Origin: Gammaproteobacteria bacterium
GTDB lineage: Bacteria; Pseudomonadota; Gammaproteobacteria; Steroidobacterales; PWYM01
Direction of reading: 5' to 3'
Assembly: GCA_007693855.1 (NCBI GenBank)
Contig: RECU01000091.1
Span: 1,955-65,954 of the forward strand
Length of the DNA stretch: 64,000 nucleotides
Part shown: positions 27,213 to 34,868 of the stretch, piece after piece
How positions within the stretch are numbered: the first letter of the stretch is position 1
Layout of the letters: every line of letters begins with the position of its first letter
Notes under the pieces: model-generated
What the model was told of the DNA's origin: nothing
The model's input: only the letters and a program-made list of their open reading frames with translations
The model's database searches: none
Made by a program: the position numbers and the translations under genes

Positions 27213-28151
27213 ATGAGCGAAACCCGTGGGGTTATAGGCGCAGCTCGGCTTGCTGCCTGGCGGGCCATGGCCAAGGGCCTTGTTCCCGCGCGTTGGATTG
27301 AGCCCGATCTGCCACGGCCGGAGGCCAGGGCGGCGCGTGTTGGTCAGCTGTCCATCGAGATTGTTTCCCATTGCTGGAACTACTCACATCTCCTGATCTA
27401 CCAACTCGGTTCACTGGTCCGGAATCCGCCGCGCGATTGCACAGTCACCATGACGGTGCTGTATTCTTCCAGCGATACCGACACGTTACAGGTCCTCGAC
27501 TATTTCTCGTCCCTCAAGGTGTCAAACGTCACCTGGCACTGGTGTGAGTATCCACCCGAAGTGCTCTTCAGGCGGGGTATTGGCCGTAATGCCGCGGCCT
27601 TGGCATCGATGGCGGATTGGGTCTGGTTTACGGATTGTGACGTGCTCTTCGAAGCCGGTTGTCTTGACACGCTGGCGGCAGCACTACAGGGTCGCCGCGA
27701 TGCGCTGGTCCATCCGCTGGAGGAGCACTGCACGCCGCTGCTTCCCGACGATGCGCCCTTGCTGGCTGCCGGCCGCAACGCACCAACGGTGCTCGACCTG
27801 GGCGATATGCCCCTGCAGGTGCGGCCCCGAAAGCATGCCACAGGACCGTTGCAGATTACCCATGGCGACGTGTGTCGCGCGATAGGCTATTGCAGAAACA
27901 TTCCGATTTATCAGACGCCCTCGCCTGTCTGGACCAAGGCGCACGAGGACGGCGCCTACCGCTGGTTGGTCCGCAGCAAGGGCGTGGGGCTGGTGATCCC
28001 CGGAGTGGTGCGAATCCGCCACCTCTCCAAGGGCCGCTACACAGGCAGTGCATTCAACACTCGCCTGAGGGCGCGGATCCGCGAGTCGCAGATGCGTCTG
28101 CGAGAGCCCGAGGCACTTGCCGCGGTACGCCTGCGCGACGAGGCGAAGTAG
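27213..28151 (+). CDS. glycosyltransferase-like protein (GT-A/GT2-like, DxD)
   Basis: 312 aa. SIEIVSHCWNY start of the fold and WVWFTDCDVLF (DxD). The 5' half is visibly lower in GC than flanking genes. Confidence 0.55.
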   Translation: MSETRGVIGAARLAAWRAMAKGLVPARWIEPDLPRPEARAARVGQLSIEIVSHCWNYSHLLIYQLGSLVRNPPRDCTVTMTVLYSSSDTDTLQVLDYFSSLKVSNVTWHWCEYPPEVLFRRGIGRNAAALASMADWVWFTDCDVLFEAGCLDTLAAALQGRRDALVHPLEEHCTPLLPDDAPLLAAGRNAPTVLDLGDMPLQVRPRKHATGPLQITHGDVCRAIGYCRNIPIYQTPSPVWTKAHEDGAYRWLVRSKGVGLVIPGVVRIRHLSKGRYTGSAFNTRLRARIRESQMRLREPEALAAVRLRDEAK

Positions 28152-28241
28152 GCGGCTTCGGCACCGAGGCGGTCGGCTCTCAGGCGTGTACTGCGCCACC
28201 GGCGCCGACGATGGGGCAGATCGCCGCAGCATATCCCCGGC

Positions 28242-28889
28242 TTAGCGCCAGTCCAGCCTGAACTGTCTCGCCTGCAATTTCTCCAGCCGCTCACGCAGCT
28301 GTTGCGTGGGTGCCCGAAGTGCCGCCACTCGGCGGTCGTGCACCTCGACAAATGCAGCATCGATGCGGCTATGCAGGCCGCGCTCGAGCAGCTGGTTCAG
28401 GACATCGACCTCCGCCCCCTCGATATCCATCTTGAGGAGTTTGACCCGTCCTTCGAGGCCTTCGATGAACTCGGCAAGCATCACGGCCTCGACCTCGATG
28501 TAGCGGTCTTTGCGGATGTTGTTCTTGCTCTCGAGCAGTGACGATCCGGTAGACCAGTACACGGGATCCTGCTCCGCCCATTTGTGCAGATAGAGTTTCA
28601 CTGGCCCAGGTTGCGTGGTGACTGCGGCCTGGTAAACGGTGACGTTGGGGTATTCCCGGGTCGCTTGCACCAGCTTGGCATACGCCGCGGGATCCGGTTC
28701 AAAAGCGAAGACCCGCGCGCCGCTGGCTGCCATCTTCACCGTATAGAGCCCGACGTTCGCCCCGCAGTCGATTGCAATATCGCCCGCTTCAAGTGCCGCC
28801 GCGGCCAGGATGAAGTCATTGACTTCAGGCCGACGGCGCCGGTCTCGTCGCGCTTTGGCTAGGCGGCTCAGACTCGCGAGCAGGTTCAT
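28242..28889 (-). CDS. FkbM family methyltransferase
   Basis: 215 aa. IDCGANVGLYT, VFAFEPDP and LLKMDIEGAE motifs. Confidence 0.8.
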   Translation of the reverse strand: MNLLASLSRLAKARRDRRRRPEVNDFILAAAALEAGDIAIDCGANVGLYTVKMAASGARVFAFEPDPAAYAKLVQATREYPNVTVYQAAVTTQPGPVKLYLHKWAEQDPVYWSTGSSLLESKNNIRKDRYIEVEAVMLAEFIEGLEGRVKLLKMDIEGAEVDVLNQLLERGLHSRIDAAFVEVHDRRVAALRAPTQQLRERLEKLQARQFRLDWR

Positions 28890-28960
28890 ATGTGCGTCTC
28901 CGTACGCGATGCGGTCAGTGTTGGCAGACCGCGCATGCCTGATGGTAGCTCAGTCTTGTC

Positions 28961-29284
28961 TTATATGGTGCTACCGCTCAGCAGCGCCGCCGCCAGCAGG
29001 CCGACCAGCCAGGCCAGGCACAACCTGAGCAGCCGCAGGCAGGTGGCGCCATAGGCCTTGAGCAGTGGATCCTCCACCCGCATCCAGTGTCCAGCGATCA
29101 ACCACTGCAGTACGGCGGGCACGGGCGGCGGACCATCAGGGCTGCCACCGAGCTCTCTGGCCAGTTCGGGATGGTGGTCCGCGATCAGCGCCCGTAGCGA
29201 CGCAAAACGGCGCTGCAGAGCAAGTCCGGTGACGATCAGTCCTGCCAGCGCGATGATCCACAGGTTGGCGATCAGGGCATCCAT
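28961..29284 (-). CDS. small membrane protein (hypothetical)
   Basis: 107 aa. N- and C-terminal hydrophobic helices. Coding assignment rests only on ORF length and GC3 bias. Confidence 0.45.
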   Translation of the reverse strand: MDALIANLWIIALAGLIVTGLALQRRFASLRALIADHHPELARELGGSPDGPPPVPAVLQWLIAGHWMRVEDPLLKAYGATCLRLLRLCLAWLVGLLAAALLSGSTI

Positions 29285-29341
29285 GCCGCCCTCCGGGCCG
29301 GGACGGTGACGCGACGCCTGTCCGCGGCTCCGGACATCCGT

Positions 29342-31240
29342 TCAGGCATCCGTGGCATCCAGTTCCGCCGGATCGCCGTCGGCCGCCTGAAAGGCCACGA
29401 CCAGCGTCCCTGGTCCACCGTGAACGCCGAAAGCCGTCCCCAGCGGGGCGCGGTAGAGGTGCGCGAGCTTCGGCAGTCGTTGCGCGAGCGCTTCGGCGAG
29501 GAAAGCTGCTCCGACCGGATCCTGGGCATCACCCACCGAGACCCGCCACGCACGCGTGGTGTCTATGCGCTTCAGCACGTAGTCGACGAATTTCGGCAGC
29601 GCCCTGCGTCGGCCGAGGATGACACCGTTGGCGACCACCATCCCCTCCGGCGTGGTGGAGAGCACTGGCGTGATGCGCAGGAGATCGGCGACGACCTTGC
29701 GCGAGCGTGGGACCCGACCGCCGCGCACGGCGTAGTCGAGATTGCGCAGCAGGCCGAAGGAGAAGGTTTCCCCGGCCACACGCTCGGTCTCACGGATCAC
29801 CGCAGCCGCGTCCATGCCGGCCTGCGCGCAACGGGCGGCGTGCATCACCACCAGGCCCTGCCCGAGCGAGACGTTGCGCGAGTCGACTACGCTGACACGA
29901 CCCCGGGGTTCGACGCGGCTGGCGGCGGACTTCGCGGCCTGCAGCGTGCCACTGACGCGCGTGCTGAGATTCACCGATACCACGTGCTCATAGTGGGAAG
30001 CGAGAAAGCCATAGAGCCTGCGGAAATCGCCCGGGGCAGGTTGCGAGGTGGTCGGATGATGGGGGTTGGTGGTGAGTTCCTGGAAGAACTCGGCGTTCGA
30101 CAGGCTGATCTTGTCGAGGTAGCTGCGGTCGCCGAACATCACCCGCACGGGCACCATCTGCAGGTTGAGACGCTCGAATTCCTCGTCGGGAATGTCGGCG
30201 GCGGAGTCGGTGATGACCGCCACGCGCTGGGCCGACTGGTGATGGGCGCTCGCCTGCTGGCGGAACATGTCGTCGGCCTTCTCTCCGGAGACCGTACCGA
30301 ACTGTGCTGCCAGCCGGAACACCGCCTGGGGCTCGTCGACGTGGATGTGGATCTTGCATTTGGCGTGAGTGCCGGCGAGCACCAGGCTGCTGCCGAGCCT
30401 GGTCAGTTCCTCGCGCAGCCGTCGACGGTCGATCTCGCTGCCGGTGACCATGCACTCGGTACAGTAGCGATGGGTTTCCTCGCCGTGATCGATGGCGAGT
30501 TCCTCTTCGCTGGTGAGCAGCACGGCGTGCGGCAGCTCGGGCCGCTCACGCAACGAGCCGGCGGTCAGAAAGCGATGCATCCCGGCCAGCAGCAGCACGA
30601 AGCCCTCCGCGCCAGCATCGACCACGCCAGCGCGCCGCAGAGCCTCCAGCCGCTCCGGCGTGCGTGCGAGTGAATCGCGCGCGCGCTCGAGGCCGCGCCC
30701 CAGCAGGTCGCCGAAGTCCCGGGCGCCGTCGCCGACCCGCGCCTGCATCTCGTGGGCGAAATCGGCCAGCACCGAGAGGACCGTGCCGTCGCGAGGCTCG
30801 GACAGCGCTTCCCGCGCATATTGGGCGCCGGTGGCCACCGCGGCAGAGAAGTCGCTCGGGCGCAGCCGCGACAGGTCCACGGTGGCATCCGAGAGCCCCT
30901 GGAAGAACTGCGCGAGGATGGCCCCGGAATTGCCCCGAGCGCCATCGAGCGCGGCATCGGCAATGGTGCTCAGTGTGCGCCCGGCATGGCTTTCCCGAGA
31001 GCTTTCAAGCGCCTGCAGGACCGACTGCATGGTCAGGGCCATATTGGTCCCGGTGTCGCCATCGGGAATCGGGAAGACGTTGATCTTGTTGAGATGCTCC
31101 TGCCCGGCCATCAGGCGTGCGATCCCGGCGCGCAGCGCGCGGCGGAGCCTGGCGCCGTCGAGGTAGGCAATCCCGTCCACGCCGCGGGCGCCGAAGTCGT
31201 CGAGATCAAGAGAGTCTGCAGTCGTGCTCATGGTTACCAA
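29342..31240 (-). CDS. Dak2 (FakA-like) domain fused to a DegV (FakB-like) fatty-acid-binding domain
   Basis: 632 aa. N-terminal INVFPIPDGDTGTNMALT (Dak2), a middle YCTECMV...GSSLVLAG...IHIHVDEP region (YloV/FakA-like) and a C-terminal VAVITDSAADIP...TTSQPAPGDF...GVHGGPGTLVVAF region (DegV). Confidence 0.8.
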   Translation of the reverse strand: MVTMSTTADSLDLDDFGARGVDGIAYLDGARLRRALRAGIARLMAGQEHLNKINVFPIPDGDTGTNMALTMQSVLQALESSRESHAGRTLSTIADAALDGARGNSGAILAQFFQGLSDATVDLSRLRPSDFSAAVATGAQYAREALSEPRDGTVLSVLADFAHEMQARVGDGARDFGDLLGRGLERARDSLARTPERLEALRRAGVVDAGAEGFVLLLAGMHRFLTAGSLRERPELPHAVLLTSEEELAIDHGEETHRYCTECMVTGSEIDRRRLREELTRLGSSLVLAGTHAKCKIHIHVDEPQAVFRLAAQFGTVSGEKADDMFRQQASAHHQSAQRVAVITDSAADIPDEEFERLNLQMVPVRVMFGDRSYLDKISLSNAEFFQELTTNPHHPTTSQPAPGDFRRLYGFLASHYEHVVSVNLSTRVSGTLQAAKSAASRVEPRGRVSVVDSRNVSLGQGLVVMHAARCAQAGMDAAAVIRETERVAGETFSFGLLRNLDYAVRGGRVPRSRKVVADLLRITPVLSTTPEGMVVANGVILGRRRALPKFVDYVLKRIDTTRAWRVSVGDAQDPVGAAFLAEALAQRLPKLAHLYRAPLGTAFGVHGGPGTLVVAFQAADGDPAELDATDA

Positions 31241-31278
31241 TTGTCAGTTGAATCGATGGTGGACAACCGATGTCGGGC

Positions 31279-31998
31279 TCAGTCGCGCGGGAGAACGAAG
31301 CGTCTGCCGTCGTACTGCAGAATGACGCCGTCAGCCAGGATCTCCACGATCCGCACGCCACCGGCGAGTTCATCGCCGTGACGCAGCCGTCGGCCGTTGA
31401 TGAAGACGAACCGCTGCGCAGGATCGGTGGCATAGACATGCAGGTCCATGTGCAGACCTGGCAGGTTGAGCTCTCCCCTGGAAATCAATTCGTCGAGTGA
31501 GGGCAGATCGGATGCGGTATCCGCGGGCGGGGTCGCGGTGGTGGTGGGCGCTGGCGAGGATACCGCCGGCGACGTGGAGCGCTCACCTTGCCTTGGCGGT
31601 GCTGTCGCTGGGGCGGGCGGAATCTCGCGCGCCAGCGGGCGCGTAGTGGCGGGCACGGCTGGCGTCATGTGCTCTTGGCGCGATTGCCCGGCGGCCGACC
31701 GCTCGGCGGTGCCCCCGGCTGGGTCTGCACGCCGTGCCTGGACGGCCGTCACGGGACTGTCGGCCTCGCCGCCCGCCAGGCGTGCAGTCGCGGACGGCCC
31801 GTCGCCTGCCGGGCCCGCGAACCGCCAGAAGGCGACCGCCAGGACGACGACCAGGGTCGCCAGTACGCCGAGCGCGACGAACACCCAGCCGGGCATCGTC
31901 GGGCTGGGCGCTGCCGGCGGCAGCTGGCTGATGCCGGGGCGCTCCTGGCGACGTCGCTCGTTGTCGGACTTGCGCAGGGCGTCGAGGATGATGGACAT
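31279..31998 (-). CDS. gspB: general secretion pathway protein B-like (GspB/ExeB)
   Basis: In ORF 31279..32028. ATG at 31998 gives MSIILDALRKSDNERRRQ, one TM helix, a Pro/Ala-rich linker and a conserved C-terminus. Immediately follows gspA. Confidence 0.65.
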   Translation of the reverse strand: MSIILDALRKSDNERRRQERPGISQLPPAAPSPTMPGWVFVALGVLATLVVVLAVAFWRFAGPAGDGPSATARLAGGEADSPVTAVQARRADPAGGTAERSAAGQSRQEHMTPAVPATTRPLAREIPPAPATAPPRQGERSTSPAVSSPAPTTTATPPADTASDLPSLDELISRGELNLPGLHMDLHVYATDPAQRFVFINGRRLRHGDELAGGVRIVEILADGVILQYDGRRFVLPRD

Positions 31999-31999
31999 C

Positions 32000-33625
32000 T
32001 CAGCCCCCTCCGGCGAGGCGCGGCGCACCGCCGTCGTCGAGTTCGCTCTGGAGGATGATCAGGGTCCGGGGGCCGACCAGGCCGTCCACGGCCAGCCTGC
32101 GGCTGCGCTGGTACTCGCGCACGCGCGCCTCGACCGACTCGTCGAACAGCGGGGACTCTTCCGGCGGCAGGGGTTCTCCGGTCAGCGCTGCCAGCGCGCC
32201 GCGCAGCCAGACGACTCGCGGATCCCGCATGCCGGCCCTGAGCGTCTGGTTTGCATCGCCATCGGGCCGCCAGAGCAGCAGGTAGTCGCCAAACCAGTAG
32301 TCGGAGAGCTCGGGGACGCTGATCCAGAAGCGCTCACCCTCGATACCGACTTCCGCGGCATCGCCATCGACCGCGGTCAGCACGACCTGATGCGCGGTGC
32401 CGTCGCCGTCCACGAGATTGAGAATCGAGGGTCGTCCAAGTTTCATCAGGTGACTCAAGGAACCCCGCTGGAACAGGCAGGCGAGCCCATGTCGGTCGGC
32501 CTGTTCGCAGGCCAGGCCCTCGCCGCGGCGATAGGGCGTCTCCCACAGCCCGAACAAGGTCGCGAAGGCCCCGTCGGTACTGGTGTCCATGCCGAGCGAC
32601 AGCAGCTGCTCGAGGGTGACGAGATCGATGCCCGGCGGGGGCATCGGCGCTGCCGCCTGCGTCATCCCAGCGAGGCGGATGGGATGGGTCGTCACTGACT
32701 CGGGCGTCTCGTCCGGGGCGGCGGGACGCTCCAGCACCTGCCACGCGGCCACGGCGACGAGGACCGCCGCCAGGGCGGCTGGGGCGGCGAGCCAGCGTCG
32801 CCGATTGCGTCTGCCCTCGCGATCGAAGACCTCTCGAGCCGCCTGGCGCACCAGCCGCCGGTCGACCTGCGGCAATTCGCGGCTGTAGGCGCCGAGCAGC
32901 GCCCGGTCGGCGAGAATATTGATCAGTCGCGGGACCCCGCCTGAGCGCGTATACAGCTCGCGCAAGCCCGGTGCCGTGAACAACTGGGCGGGTGCGCCGG
33001 CGACCCTCAGCCGATGCTCGACATAACGTGCGGTGTCGTCACGGTCCAGAGGCTCGAGGTGATAACGCCCGGTGATCCGCTGGGCCAGCTGGCGGAGGTC
33101 GTGGCGGTCGAGCAGTTCGCGGAGTTCCGGTTGCCCGATGAGGATGATCTGCAAAAGCTTCTGCCGCGCCGTCTCCAGATTGGTCAGCAGCCGCACCTGC
33201 TCGAGGACCTCCGGGCGCAGGTTCTGCGCTTCGTCGACCACCAGAACGGTGCGCCGCCCGCGCGCGTGGGCGGCCAGCAGATGGGTGTTCAGGGCGTCGA
33301 CCAGCGCCTTGGTGCTGCCCGGCGCCTCAGGCGGTGCGATACCGAGTTCGTCGCAGATCCCTTGCAGGAATTCGGTGGCCGTCACCTGGGGGTTCAGGAT
33401 CAGCGCGATGTCGGCGTTCTCCGGAGCCTGCTCCAGCATGCTCCGGACCAGGGTGGTCTTGCCGGTGCCGATCTCGCCCGTCAGCTGGATGAAGCCGCCG
33501 CTCTCGGAGATCCCGTACAAGAGGTGCGCGAGCGCGTCGGCATGCCGCGCACTCATGTAAAGGTAGCGCGGATCCGGGGTGATTGCGAACGGCTTCTCGT
33601 TGAGCCCGAAGAACTGTAAGTACAT
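32000..33625 (-). CDS. gspA: ExeA/GspA AAA ATPase with C-terminal peptidoglycan-binding domain
   Basis: 541 aa. MYLQFFGLNEKPFAITPDPRYLY, Walker A GEIGTGKTT, Walker B VLVVDEAQ and a C-terminal ...YQRSRRLAVDGLVGPRT PG-binding repeat. Confidence 0.85.
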   Translation of the reverse strand: MYLQFFGLNEKPFAITPDPRYLYMSARHADALAHLLYGISESGGFIQLTGEIGTGKTTLVRSMLEQAPENADIALILNPQVTATEFLQGICDELGIAPPEAPGSTKALVDALNTHLLAAHARGRRTVLVVDEAQNLRPEVLEQVRLLTNLETARQKLLQIILIGQPELRELLDRHDLRQLAQRITGRYHLEPLDRDDTARYVEHRLRVAGAPAQLFTAPGLRELYTRSGGVPRLINILADRALLGAYSRELPQVDRRLVRQAAREVFDREGRRNRRRWLAAPAALAAVLVAVAAWQVLERPAAPDETPESVTTHPIRLAGMTQAAAPMPPPGIDLVTLEQLLSLGMDTSTDGAFATLFGLWETPYRRGEGLACEQADRHGLACLFQRGSLSHLMKLGRPSILNLVDGDGTAHQVVLTAVDGDAAEVGIEGERFWISVPELSDYWFGDYLLLWRPDGDANQTLRAGMRDPRVVWLRGALAALTGEPLPPEESPLFDESVEARVREYQRSRRLAVDGLVGPRTLIILQSELDDGGAPRLAGGG

Positions 33626-33661
33626 GATGGGCGTTACATTAGCATGCGTCTGCGTAGGGGG

Positions 33662-34858
33662 TCATCGGAGCGTCCGTGCGCGGGTCAGCGCCGCGTCGCC
33701 GAAGCGCTCGCGGATGCTGTCGGTGGCCGCGTCCACGCCCCCGCGCGAGTGCTCACCGAACAGTCCGAGCTGACTGGTCGGGACGAGCCCGGTGACCCCG
33801 ACGCCGAGCAGACGAACGCGCACCTGTGGCTGCGACCGGCCCCAGGCTTCAAGCAGTGCCCGTGCGGTGGCGCTGATCACGGCAGTCTCGCAGCTGGGAA
33901 CGCCGAGGCCCTGTTGCCGGGTGCTGGTGGTGAAGTCGGCGCGGCGGACCTTGAGGACGACGGTGCCAGCGAGCAGGCGCTTGCCGCGGAGCCGGCTGGC
34001 GGTGCGGTCGGCGAGGCGCGCGAGTTCGCGGGCCAGCGCCGGGCCGAGGGGCAGATCCTGGTCGAAGGTCTCCTCGCTGCTGATGGATTTCTCTGCGCGA
34101 CACACCATGACGGGTCGGTCATCTTCCCCGGCGGCACGGCGCTGCAACGCCTCCGTCTGTCGACCAAGAACCGCGTGCAGATGATCGGGGGCGGCGCGGC
34201 GCAACTCGCCGAGGGTGTGGATGCCCAGGCGGGCGAGGCCGGTCTGGCTGCGCGGTCCAAGGCCGGGCAGCACGGCGACCGGCAGCGGGTCGAGCACGGC
34301 GTGCAGCCGCTGGGGTGTCACTTCGCACAGGCCATCGGGTTTCTCCAGGTCCGAGGCGATCTTGGCCACCAGTTTGTTGGGCGCGATGCCCACCGAGGCG
34401 GTCAGCCCGGTTTCGCGCTGAATGTCGGTCTTGAGCCGCTCGGCCAGGACCACGGGCGAGCGGAACAGCGACAGGCTGGCCGTGACGTCGAGAAAGGCCT
34501 CGTCCAGCGAGAGCCCCTCGATCTCAGGGGTGTAGCGCGCAAAGATCTCGAAAATCTGCGCCGACTCCTGGCGGTAGAGGGCCATGCGCGGCGCCACCCT
34601 CACGAGTTCGGGGCAGCGGCGCAGCGCCTCGCCCACCGGCATTGCTGAGCGCACGCCGTAACGCCTGGCTTCGTAGCTGGCCGCCGCCACCACGCCGCGC
34701 TGCCCGGTGCCGCCTACGGCGACTGGCCAGCCGCGCAGACCAGGTTCGTCGCGCTGCTCGATGCTCGCGTAGAAGGCGTCCATATCGACGTGCAGGATGC
34801 AGCGGACGCGGCGCGGCGGCGTCGACGGCGCCGGGGTCAGACCCTCGGACGCGCCCAT
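33662..34858 (-). CDS. dinB: DNA polymerase IV
   Basis: In ORF 33662..34996. ATG at 34858 lies just after the fadE stop (34869). ILHVDMDAFYASIEQRD and SIDEAFLDV-like SLDEAFLDV motifs. Confidence 0.9.
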   Translation of the reverse strand: MGASEGLTPAPSTPPRRVRCILHVDMDAFYASIEQRDEPGLRGWPVAVGGTGQRGVVAAASYEARRYGVRSAMPVGEALRRCPELVRVAPRMALYRQESAQIFEIFARYTPEIEGLSLDEAFLDVTASLSLFRSPVVLAERLKTDIQRETGLTASVGIAPNKLVAKIASDLEKPDGLCEVTPQRLHAVLDPLPVAVLPGLGPRSQTGLARLGIHTLGELRRAAPDHLHAVLGRQTEALQRRAAGEDDRPVMVCRAEKSISSEETFDQDLPLGPALARELARLADRTASRLRGKRLLAGTVVLKVRRADFTTSTRQQGLGVPSCETAVISATARALLEAWGRSQPQVRVRLLGVGVTGLVPTSQLGLFGEHSRGGVDAATDSIRERFGDAALTRARTLR

Positions 34859-34868
34859 GCAGTCGGCC

